Origin: Enoplolaimus lenunculus
Taxonomy: Eukaryota
DNA: 64,000 nt
Assembly: GCA_030248215.1 (NCBI GenBank)
Contig: JASANG010002067.1
Location: 124,001-188,000 of the forward strand
Reading direction: 5' to 3'
Shown: piece after piece, positions 53,201 to 64,000 of the stretch
Position numbering within the stretch: position 1 is the first letter of the stretch
Layout of the letters: each line of letters starts with the position of its first letter
Notes under the pieces: model-generated
Databases searched by the model: none
What the model was told of the DNA's origin: nothing
What the model saw: the letters and a program-made list of their open reading frames with translations, nothing else
Made by a program: the position numbers and the translations under genes

Positions 53201-56200
53201 AATAAAAATACTGTATACGTACTTTTCCTAACAGAACCTGCACAGCACGTACGGTAATCAATTAAAGTCAATATTCCAACGCCTAAAATGGAATACGTAC
53301 ACAATTCAGAACTTCTAAGACAATCACAAGCCACTTTCATGCAAAATGTTACGTACTACTGTCACTCCAAAATGAAATTCAACTCAAATGACCACGTTCA
53401 AGACTAATTAAAAATATTAACTGCATGGCCACCCTTAGGGTACCACAAGAAATCAACGTTCATAAATATACGTAAACACCCAATTACGAGATTACCAAAT
53501 GGTACTGAGTAAATAAAACTGGACTGTTCTTGCGAAACACTCGAATCTTTCTGTCAGTAGGTAGTTCGCAATATCAACAAAATAATACAAGTACCCACAG
53601 GTGACCGCAAAATTCAGGCAAAACTTCACATTGGCGGGTCTGCTAAGTTTCTAATAAATTTCCGTTACACTTCTTAAACAATGCTACACCAAGCTAGTTA
53701 AAGACTTTAAAATTTATTAAAAAAGTCCACTTCGTAAACTAAACCCGTACAGTAATCACAGACCGCAAACAAGTAAACTTAGGTAACTTCGATAAATAAA
53801 CAACTCGACTGGGTGCATAAATTCAAAACTCTGACTGACAGAACTTCTGTAAAACACGACGCACATAACTAACTCAGAACCCCACACTCGAGTCTTTCGC
53901 AGGTACCTTTTATATCCCAGATTTTAAAGGTCACTAAAAATTCTTAGAATCGCTCGTGATCTTTCGATAAAATTTAAGTTTTTTAAATCTTGTGTTTCAA
54001 CTACAAACCATAATTTAACTTTTACGTTTTGACCGACTTACCCAGTTTTTCAACTAAATTTAAACTTTAAAATTATTTAAAAACTAAAGGAATGTGCTGT
54101 TTACGCTTGAAATCCTCTTTTTCAAAACATTTTTGTCCCCACCAAATTCCTCATAAAGCGGTGTTTGGCCTTAGCAGTTCGATTTTCATACCATTCGCGC
54201 CCTTTAAAATTAACAATTTCAAATAAATCCTATTGTTTTGACTCTTCAGAGCTGTATTAGGAGTTTACAAATTATCAGAATTGCTCATTATATCAGTTAC
54301 TGAAAAAGGGGATATCTCAATTATCAGCTTAAGCCTAAATTGGCAAAACTTATAGGGACATATATAACAAAATTCTATGTCAGCACCAATTTTCCCACTA
54401 TTACGAATACCTAGTCATCGCAAACTTTCAGATCAAAACAAATAACTGAGACATTGCTGGTATCTTAAAATATATTCACATTGTGCGCAAAAAGTTTAAG
54501 AAAAAAGTTCGGTAGACTATATATTTTTCGTACCAGCACAGGCCAGCATATTCAGCATATTATATATACATATATACCAAGGTTCAACCGGAATTCGTGT
54601 AAAAACTTAATTCCTGCTCCGCTTACTGTAACGAAATTCGATTCCCGTCCCTGCTCCTGCTCCGGAAAAATTTAGTTGTTGTTGGAACCCTGATATACGC
54701 ACATAATCTCTTCTGCTAATCCATTTCTAAACAGCGGCCCAGCTAACACTCGGTTGAATGAATACAGTAGCAAATTCATTATCTAAAACGTTTAAATCTG
54801 AAATTTTAAACGTATGTTCGTTAAAACCATTGTCTGCAATGCCAACATATAGCGCCACAAATCATAAAAACGTGGCATACAGCATGCATTCTCGCTCACT
54901 TTTAACAACTTCACATTAAAGTCGAGCATATGTAAAAACTTTATATTTCGCATTGGTATAAAGAAAATTCGCTATAGCTCAAACTGTTTTATGAAGCCGA
55001 ACGTTAATTCAATATTTCATTCTTGGGAGTCAAAACATATTTCCTGCACAAGCCTGAATCGCTCCCGTATCACAATATTCATGTCCCTCACACTGTTTTT
55101 ATGGAACCGAACATTAATTTAATATTTCATGCTCGGGAGTCAAAACATATTTTCTGCACAAGCCAGAACCTCATTCGTATCACAATATTCTTCTCCGGTA
55201 TCCGGTATTAACCAACCTGATGTAGGATATTTGCCGCTGTGATCCCGAATATAGCAAACCTGATTTTTACACGTGGAGCTAACACACATTTGGTTGCGAC
55301 TGGTGATATTGTGATATTTATCTAGAATTTAATTTTACAGCAATACGTGTGTAAATTGGTTTGACTTGTAGGTACGATTGAAGCATTGGTTGTAGCTACC
55401 AGCAAACTATGTTAATGTAACTTCTTATTTATGGTTCAGTGCGCGGTATGTATTGCGCTATGTGTAACAGTCGAAACTATTGCCGGTCTACATAAAACTG
55501 CAAAAACTGTTCGGTTTACGGTGGTCGTTAAATATTTCAGTATTATTATCAATTTATCGTGTATTTGTATTTGATCTATTTCAGTCTCCCAATGGACGTA
55601 CTTGAATTTATCGATACAGCGTCTAGTGGATTTTTGACTAACTTCAGATTAATTTTAGAAACATACTGGGAGATGTTTGTTCTCTCACCATGCGCTACAG
55701 CAAGCGCTTTAAAGCATTCAACTACGCTCAATCGAGAGGCGGCTGTTGCTAATGTGCGTAAAGTTATGTTTTAAATTCAAAATGCGAGCTGTTCAAGATG
55801 CGCAGGCAAAGAATATTGTATTTCGTCAGTTTTCCTGGGCTCGTGCAAATATTAACAGTGTTGCAGGCGCCAAACATAGTCGCAGATATCTAAGTTCCAG
55901 CTTACTTAAAATGGAAGGGGTGTGTTGTTAAAGTTTTTAAACCGATGTATCATTTTATTACACTTGGATTTCAGTATATTAATACTTGATGTAGTTTGCA
56001 CTTGTTCGAATACACGGCAACGAGTCAGCAGATTTTTTTGAAACTTTGTTTTATAATTTTAAAATTTTAGTTTCTTGGAACTATTTATAAATTGCTTTTA
56101 CTAGTCTTATTTTACGTAGTTTGATAATTACGCCCTTAAAAACCAGCATCACGAATCAGCCTGGTCTAGTTATTCCACAGGACATTATGCAATTTATACA

Positions 56201-59200
56201 ATGGTTTGCGCTAAAAATCTGTGGTTTGCCGCTACTAAAAGTATTGCAAAGAGTAGGCTTTAATTGGCGTTGTCGGGGCCGATACCAATATAACTGCCGG
56301 TTGCAACCGATGCCACTTTTTTGGTTTCTAGATATGTACTTTGCAACAGGTCATATTTTTCTTTCAGATTCATATGTTCCTCAACTCGCAAATAAATACA
56401 TTTCTCAGCATTGTTGCTTCACGTTTATCAGCAGAAGACGGCACAGACGACGCTAGTTTGTTGATTCGTGCACTCGACCGTTTTTATCGACGCCTTTCAT
56501 CGTTGAACAAAGCAATCTCGCCAATCCTTGAAGCTGTAGCCACTGACAAAACACTGTCGAGTGCCGGGCCGTTGTCTAGGACTGATTTTGGCGATATGAG
56601 TTTACCGATAATTAGCGAAGTTGTAGATCGGCAGATTGATATGTCTCTGGACAGGTAAAAGTTGGCTGGTTATTGTTATTGCTCGACCAACGAGATTATT
56701 TTTGGCTATGCGGAAAGCAGATTTGTTTTAAGTTAAAATATTTTACCAGTCGTAGTGGGACTACATTTATTGAATGAAGCTCGAACACACGTAAACAATT
56801 AAGGTAATATGCAAATTAGTTATTAGCTAACTATTAATTTATCGGTTTTGGGGGTTTGTAAGCAATTTCCTCAGATTCCTCGCACCCAAAAACCCTTCAG
56901 CCACCCTAATAATTTTTGGAATAATTTATAATGTCCTAATTTTGTCTTGTCAATTAAGCTAATATGCAAATTAGCTATTAGCTAACTATTCAATTATCGG
57001 TTTTGGATGTTTGTAAACTATTTATTCAAATTCCTTGCACCTAAAAACTCTTTAGTGCTGAAATTATATTGCTTTTAACCTTAATAATTAGTGAAATATT
57101 GTAAAAAATCCTAATTTAGCCTTATAAACTATGCTAATATGCAAATTATCTATTAGCTAACTGCCCAATTATCGGTTTTGGAGGTTTGTAAACAGTCTAC
57201 GCATATACCTCGCACCCAAAAACCCTTTAATGCTAAAATTAGATTGCTTCTAACTGTAATAATTTAGTGAAATATTGTGGAAAGTCCTAATTTAGGTTTA
57301 ATTAATTATGCAAATCAGCCTGTAGCTAACAAACGGCTTAAAATTTTAAAACCCCAATGCGAGGTTAACACTCCAGGATAATTGGCTTTCAAACAAAAAG
57401 GTTTATCAAAATCGGTTCAGCCGTTCCTGAGATTCTTTTCGGACGGACGGACATCCATCTTTCGACCCCCAAGTACAAAACATAAAACGCTTCGCGAAAC
57501 TCCGAGCTTCGCTCGGAGTTTCGCTTCTCTCAATTATTATTTCGCAGCTAGTAATATATAGTTGGAACTAATTTATCAGAAATTGCGTTAATGAAAGCAA
57601 AGCATGGCTTAACCGGATACCAGGGTGCGACCGGATACCAAAAAAGTCTTTGCCGTATAATTTATTCAAATCATATACTAAACGGCATTCAAATATCAGA
57701 ACCTAGCGAACAGTTTTATCCAAAATGTTTACGTGACAAAGCTTAGCATCTCACGCCGGTGCAGTTTAATCACTCAACGACACCATTTCACTCTGCTATG
57801 TTTTTGTAAGGCTGCGTTTAGTTGCAACATTTGTTTGGTCTGTTACTTTTGAGGACACCCAGTTTTCCATAGGTACTATAAAATAGAGGTTGCTTGGGAT
57901 TAAAATATTATTTTCTCTGAGGTTCAGTGTGGACTTATGTTTACGCTAGAATTTGGGCGTAGGATTAGGAATAGCAATTAAGTTGACGCCCCTGAAATAA
58001 CACTGATCATCTTTAGCAGGTTTTCCATCGTTATTGTATCGTAACAAAGATTGTAAACGTACGCGCGGGCACGTGCAATCCTTTACAACACATGTATGAC
58101 AGAAAAAATGTGTACAGGAAAATCAGTTTCATGGCAAATTACATAAATACAAGTGATAGTTTCGATATTTTATATTAAAAAAAACAACTGGCGTGTTTTA
58201 AAAAATATGTAAACGTAACTTGATCAATTCCATTGCAGTTGGCATAAATACAATGATGATTGCAATTTATTGAAGTTTTTAAAAATATCCGGAAAGTTAA
58301 CAAACCGGAGCCAGTTATCCGGTCGCACTTTGTGGAATACTTAAAGTTTTGGAACCATACCATTTTAATATGTTGTTCTTCTTGATTGCTGTGTATTCAT
58401 ATTAAAATTTCATATTAAAATACGATCTACTAATAAGTATATAATTTTAATGTTGCATTTTTTCATCGATTATTTTCGTTTTAGATTAAAAGAAAGTTTT
58501 GCAGCTTCGTTAACTGAAACGCGACAGCATTTAGCGGCACCAAGGACATTGATTCAGCCACTAGACGCTCACAATCAACCTTTGGCTGAATTAATCACAA
58601 AACTTGAGCGAAACGTTGTTCAGAAGCTAAAAGCCGCAGTGGCAAATTTACAGCCGGTTAGAAAGATGTTTGCAATTGTTTTCTGTATGAACAACTGTCT
58701 GTATGTAAAGCTACTTGAGCTGTGTGTATGTAACGCGACTTTTAACTGTGTCGACGTATCATTGTAATTTTTGATGTAAGTAATGCATTAGTATTGTCAA
58801 TATCGTCTCGATAAACCTCGTACACATAAAACGAGAAAACGAGCATAATGTATCTGTTTTAATAAAAAGTATGTTTTATCGTAAATGTATTTGTATCAGT
58901 CGCTTCACCTGGTTCAAGAATCATTGCCAGCGATATCAGCACACGGAACCAACTGTGTGTGTACAGATTTTTTTGCTTAAACTGAAATTCAAACAGTCCC
59001 AGCAAGCAAATAATCATGCTGCTAGATCAAAGCCGCAGTGAAGAATTCATGATGTTTTAGTCGCTGTCATTACATAAGTTTTGTGAAATCTTACGTTTTA
59101 GCTTTTGGATCCGTCAATATCGTTTGCGCACCGTACAAGCTTTACTGTTCCGTTTAGTGCTAATGTCTGTAGCCGAATAATTGTCGGCTATTTTCGATAT

Positions 59201-61022
59201 ATTATGAGGTGGTGTCGTGAAATTTGCGCAGGCCAAGGTGATAAAGCATACGTAACGCCAACTGTGATTCTATTGCTTGCACGATTTTGTGTTGACCTAG
59301 AAAAGTCAACTATAGGGTATGTTCTCGATTTATGCGATAAGCAATTTTTGCAAACTTCGACAGTCGTCTCAGCTGGAACAGGAAGTATGGCAAAACCACG
59401 GCTTGGAGTAAAGGCGCCCTTAAGCAACAAGCCCATTTCGTCTGCTGAGCTAGCAACTGAAATGCATGCGACTGCACAAGCGTTGATCGATCATTATGTC
59501 GAGCTGGAAGGATTTTCTTTGTCTCAGGTACCTATATATTTTACGGTACTTGTTTACTTCCCCTCCACATAAAGTCCCAACTCCACATACCGAAGCTTAA
59601 TGTACACCTAAGCGTACGCGAGAGTAAGCTTAAGCCTGCGCTTAAGTACGTGCAAATCTAGTAATATAAGCACTGATTGGGACTGTGACCTTGTATTAAA
59701 TTAACACTAGAGTGGGGAAAGGTTACAAGTATATGGTTATTTTACTGTAGTGGTTGTATATCGGCCTCTGTTTTAGCCCTAGGCGTTCTACGTGGTTGAT
59801 GTATATAGGTCATTATTAATAATGACGTGGCGATGATTACGCAAATATAAACGTGCACTTGTTTAGTTTTACAACAGTTGGCACTAAAAATAAATATTCG
59901 TCTGATCTGTCTAAAAAGTAAAGCAGAACATGCAGTAATTTTTAAATTTGGACTAAATATTCAGTTGAGTGTTCGGTACAGACGAATTGTATTTATAAAC
60001 GCATTCATAGGAGTGCTGATACAATTGTCTGTTAGCAACTATTCGGAATAACACAGCGCGAATTAAGATTTCAGTTGTAGAAGCGACATTTTAGCAGCTG
60101 CTGTTAGTGTACTAGAAGACTTTGTCGCATGCTGCATTCATCGGCGTTTTGGTAACTTCAGATTTTATATCCAATTTGCAATATTGTTATTGTTTTATTT
60201 CTATTATAGATGGTATCAAAAAGTGTCGAGACTCGTGATTGGATCAGTTGTGTTGAGCCTCGTTCTGTACGTTCAGTTATGAAACGAGTGGTTGAAAGTT
60301 TAAGTGCAATTGACGGCCGAGTGAGCCAATTGCTTGAAGAAGGTACTCGCAAAGATAGAAGCAGCGATTCTAGTCATAGGACAGGCGGTTAGTTTGTACG
60401 AAAAGCCTTGATTAACACAAGATAATTACACAACGGAGAAACTTCTCAAATTGCGTAATTCTTGTTTCGTTAGGAATATTATTCCCGCTGTAATTAATAG
60501 TGCTGTTCGAACTTCTGTAACAACGCAATTTAAGAAAGCACTATTCAAAATTCCGGTGTTCCTATATTTTGTAATTCAGGTATGGCCGGGAGTGCGTTAG
60601 TGTCACGGACTTATCTACCAGGCGGGACGCGTAGCATTACTGCTGGCAGCTTCACTCAGCCTCCGTTTAATCTGTCCGGTGGTCCACCGTCAGAAGCATC
60701 GTTTTTGAAAAAATTATGGTCCGAAAAGATTGATTATTTTGCGAGCGTTGAGCTGACAAAAATGTCCGTTTTGACTGGAATTATTAAACTTTCGTTGAAA
60801 ACACTTCTCGAATGTGTACGAGTGCAAACATTTGGTAAATTTGGCTTGCAGCAAGTTCAAGTCGATACACATTATTTGCAGTTGTATCTGTGGCGATTTG
60901 TGTCCGATGAAAATCTTGTAAGACATCTCTTAGAAGAAGTAATGACCTCAGCTGTGTTGCGATGTTTAGATCCGACTCTGATGGAGCCTAGTGTTGTTGA
61001 AACTATATGTGAACGAAATTAA
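47254..61022 (+). CDS. VPS51: Vacuolar protein sorting-associated protein 51 (GARP/EARP subunit), 11 exons
   Basis: Exons: 47254-47412, 50553-50720 ([22 protein letters not shown]), 50867-about 51071, 51354-51559, 52866-52993, 55585-55753, 56368-56654, 58485-58656, 59102-59527, 60210-60387 (KSVETRDW...[14 protein letters not shown]), 60580-61022 ([34 protein letters not shown]...CERN*). Confidence 0.95.
47480..48201. mobile_element. hAT-like MITE (ATCGGC-rich) carrying a 312-bp insertion; uninterrupted copy at 49131-49503
   Basis: Termini TAGGGGTGTGTCGA ... TCGGCACATCCCTA with AAAATGGT repeated at both ends. The body is colinear with 49131-49503. Confidence 0.8.
47617..47688 (+). pseudogene. 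tRNA-like sequence (CGC anticodon, Ala-type); probably a SINE head or pseudo-tRNA
   Basis: A-box TGGCGTGATGG, B-box GGTTCGATTC, acceptor stem GCCGCG/CGTGGC and loop CT-CGC-GA are present. The T-stem and anticodon stem have mismatches, and the sequence lies inside a TSD-flanked insertion. Confidence 0.65.
49131..49503. mobile_element. hAT-like MITE, empty-site relative of 47480-48201
   Basis: TAGGGATATACCGA ... GGCACATCCTA, flanked by TTTATGTG/TTTATGTA. Confidence 0.8.
49617..50380. mobile_element. Probable MITE with subterminal GGTCTCG/CGAGACC repeats
   Basis: GGTCTCG cluster at 49632-49718 and inverted CGAGACC cluster at about 50296-50370; ends imprecise. Confidence 0.5.
52076..52838. mobile_element. 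MITE with perfect 17-bp TIRs and C-rich subterminal repeats
   Basis: ACTGGCTTCTCCACAGC (52076-52092) and GCTGTGGAGAAGCCAGT (52822-52838); CCCCCAGGA repeats near both ends. Confidence 0.85.
54983..55190 (+). repeat. Diverged tandem duplication, period about 108 bp
   Basis: ACTGTTTT...GGGAGTCAAAACATATTT...GTATCACAATATTC occurs twice. Confidence 0.85.
56769..57534 (+). mobile_element. Non-autonomous Helentron/Helitron-like element with internal tandem repeats of about 155-175 bp
   Basis: Short inverted ends ATTGAATGAAGC / GCTTCTCTCAAT. Three or more units of TAATATGCAAATTAGCTATTAGCTAAC. AAATCGGTTCAGCCGTT is followed by a (GGAC)n microsatellite. Perfect 14-bp hairpin at 57494-57524. Confidence 0.65.
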
Positions 61023-61789
61023 TTGTGCATTTAAACAGGTGATTGATAAATGTTGCAGGTTGTTTCTTTTGAAAAGCGCGTGACCATTTTGCAATGTTAT
61101 TTTTATGGACTCGATAATCAAATAGAAGTTACTGATGTATCTATCAAAGTGCAACCAAAATTAATGTATAAACTCTCTGTAGGGCACAAGTTTTATAAAA
61201 ATGCGAAACATTTCATTAACGGAATGTTATGTAGCTTCCGGCAAAAATTCTACTGTTTCAGCTACGGCGTGCAAAGTTATTTTGGTTGCTTTTAAAGACA
61301 GTAACAGATTTCTATTCATGTGATCGTATGACAGTATTTAATAAACTCGGACAAGCAGAGAACAAAAAAAATGGCACTAGTTCCTACATTGCACTATTTT
61401 ACCATTACTATTGTATACAAAAACGTCACTATAATATACTTGCCGTATTTTGCTTGGCTCGGCTCGAAGTGTATTCTCAACTTTAACAGGGTTAAATTGC
61501 TGTACGTATTTGACTATTCGCGTGGGTTTTTGAAACGGTTATACACTTTGTTTCGTTTATCTAAGTGCAGTCAAACAAAGTTTAACTGTTCAATTTTAAA
61601 TAAATAGGTATGTACCGAAGCAAATGGTTCTAGATTACATTTTGTGCTTAGGTTTAGAAACACACTTGCAACGCTTAGGCTTAGGAGTACGCTAACTCTT
61701 CTGTTACGCCCGTAAAAGTAACATTAGCCCCTACGGTTACCATTGTGTTCAATGTTGTTTAAGATTGAATCTCTACATTAAAACCTACT

Positions 61790-61858
61790 GGCTGCAGTTG
61801 TATTCTAGACAGGGCTGCAGTTGTATTCTAGACAGGGCTGCAGTTGTATTCTAGACAG
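61790..61858 (+). repeat. Three perfect tandem copies of the 23-bp unit GGCTGCAGTTGTATTCTAGACAG
   Basis: Directly visible. Confidence 0.95.
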
Positions 61859-61964
61859 CTCGTGTGGTGAGACAAAGCGCTTCAGATGATCTGGGTTCTA
61901 TTGCCTTATAGAAAATGTGAAATTTTTCTCTTGAGGGAACTTGAGACTATTAATGCAGCAACCC

Positions 61965-62292
61965 ATGTTACTATAAAGGCCGTCCTAATTTCCCGTGACA
62001 GAAATATACCCGGATTGCACACTTATGCGCTCCTGTTTACACATGCACAGGCAGATATATTTGTCCCATCTGTCTCAACTGTCCAAAATGTCCCATCTGT
62101 CCCCTGTCTCATCTGTCCCAACTATCCCGCTGTCCCAATTATATTTTTTGTATGTACTCCTGGTACATTGCTGTCCCGGGAAAATGGGACGGGTACTCCT
62201 GGTACATTGCTGTCCCGGGAAAATGGGACAAGTGCTCCTGGTACATTTCTGTCCCGGGAAAATGGGACCGCCTTTAGGGTAACATTGGCCAA
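61965..62292 (-). mobile_element. Compact MITE of the same family as 1404-2553
   Basis: Inverted termini ATGTTACTATAAAGGCCGTCC ... GGGACCGCCTTTAGGGTAACAT. Internal 38-bp repeat in three copies and a few TGTCCCATC units. Confidence 0.8.
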
Positions 62293-62454
62293 TGCAGCCA
62301 TAGCGTTGAATGAAAGTAAACAAGTACCCAAATTTCGGCCCATGTATACTTGACTGCCGACCCAAAATCCCACCGACTCAGCTAAAAAATTGATAGCTCT
62401 TGTTTACGGTGGGATTTTGGGATTGTGTTATTTCAAAAATTCATTGCATGCAAT

Positions 62455-63075
62455 TCCTTTGGCTTATATAATCTCAGCTTTAGGTTTTGCATTACGCAAT
62501 CCTTTGGCTCAAGATTAGATTTAGGAGTTGGCAACGCTCAATCTTTAGGCTGAGGATGAGGCAAGGTTCCGTCTTAGGCTTAGGTGAGGCTAGGCGTAGG
62601 ATCTGGCGTAAAGCTTAGATATACATAAACTTTAGAGATGCCTCGGCCTTAAACTTAGGCATCGACTTAGGCAACGGCTTAAGCTTATGTTTATGCTTGG
62701 GTTTAGGTTTAACCTTTACACTTACACTTTAATTTCCAATGAGTTAATTAATCAACCCAGACGGAAAGTTAGTTATTTCTGAGCTAATATCAGCAAACTT
62801 TAACTCACTCTGAGTTGAGTATATTCTAACTCTGAGTTGATTTGATTCCGGGAAAGTTGATTAATTAAATCAAAATTAGTTATATCAACTCAGAATTATG
62901 AGTTCTGATAGTTCTAACTCAGACTGGGTGATTCAACTCAGTCTGAGTTGAAATCAACTAATTGGAATTTACAGTGTAGGCTTTCTGAGCAGGCTTTGGT
63001 TCAAGCATATCTTAAATGATCCTTGGGCTAAACTATAGGCTTAGGCTTGGGCTAAGGTTTGGGCCTAGGCTTTAG
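62455..63075 (+). repeat. Degenerate TTAGGC telomere-like tract interrupted by a CACTG-type MITE (62725-62976)
   Basis: 6-bp periodic TTAGGC/TTAGGT variants on both sides of the MITE, which is flanked by TA. Confidence 0.75.
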
Positions 63076-63309
63076 GGAACATCCAACTTTCGAGTATATT
63101 CCGATCCCAAACCAAAATCTCACCGTCGACCATGTTCCGAAATCCCAAAATCCCGCCTTTAACCATATCCCGAAATCCCAAAATCCCGCCTTTAACCATA
63201 TCCCAAAATCTCAAAATCCAAAATCCCAAATTTGACCATATTCCGAAATCTCAACATCCAACCTTCCAACATACCTCAAATTATTGCAACAAGATAGTGG
63301 GGTTTGGGA

Positions 63310-64000
63310 CGGCAGCGAGGTTTGCACGCCGATGATACATGTTTGTTTGTTACTTCATGGAATGAAATGAATACAATTATTGAGTTGTTTAATCAGTATA
63401 AACTCGCCTCAGGTAGGTTAAATACTGCAAAAACAAATATTTTATTGCTGGGTACGTCGGAACGAAAAGTGCCAATTATATATAAAAATTATGTGGTTAA
63501 TCGTTTAAAACTATGGGTTTTGGATTGACAAAGAGGGATTTGATCTTTCAGAAAACTGGACGAAATGTGAGGGGAAAATGCAGGCTATTTCTAGAATGAT
63601 TCCCCCTTATGGTATTTCGTTTTTCGGTAGAATTCATTTTCTTTCTTTGTATTATTTGTGCATGCTCAATAATATGACAAGGCTAATTACTCCACCTGCT
63701 AGTCTTATAGCACAGGCTTATCGAAATGTCACGGCCTTTGTTTGGTTTCTTTCTCAGGCCCGCAAAATCAAAACAGAAATATTATTTTTACCCCCAATGA
63801 GAGGTGGGATTGGTTTTCCAAACGTAAGTATTCGTTGCCTTGTTAATCGTTCAATTTTTTACCTACATGTAATTACGCATAACTAGGCCCAAAGCTGGAG
63901 AAGAAGTTTCGACCATCATTACAAAAATGTTCAATCCTTAACCATTCGCCAGCTTGCACGCTGCAAAACTCCGCAATTTTATAAGGAAATTAGAACTGCG
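63310..64000 (+). mobile_element. Degenerate, 5'-truncated non-LTR retrotransposon RT fragment (L1/Tx1-like), running to the window edge
   Basis: HADDTCLF (YADD-like), FNQYKLASGRLNTAKT, then after a frame break ISFFGRIH and LFLPPMRGGIGFPN, all typical of L1/Tx1 ORF2. Frameshift and stop codons present. Confidence 0.85.

Noticed and set aside
53133..53669. Solo-LTR candidate with TGTAAC...GTTACA ends
   Set aside because: No target-site duplication, PBS, PPT or second copy found in the window.

Overview
AT-rich, intron-rich eukaryotic DNA, most likely a nematode with a repeat-rich genome. This is inferred from TTTCAG acceptors, many degenerate TTAGGC telomere-type tracts and an nlp-49-like gene. 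Spliced gene models were assembled by hand. (1) A neuropeptide precursor at 3051-6312 resembling C. elegans nlp-49, with two paralogous, phase-compatible alternative last exons. (2) A RASEF/Rab45 EF-hand, coiled-coil, Rab GTPase gene at 12769-24686. (3) A candidate two-exon secreted prepropeptide on the minus strand at 27251-28609. (4) A 9-exon secreted histidine acid phosphatase on the minus strand at 34416-41768 with variant catalytic motifs. (5) An 11-exon VPS51 gene at 47254-61022. Introns and intergenic DNA hold many non-autonomous DNA transposons (hAT-, CMC-, Harbinger-, Tc1/mariner- and Helentron-like), including a three-level nested insertion, plus a tRNA-derived insertion, a 1 kb minisatellite expanded inside a MITE, and a degenerate L1/Tx1-like RT at the right edge. 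All family assignments rest on motif recognition and recall; no searches were run.
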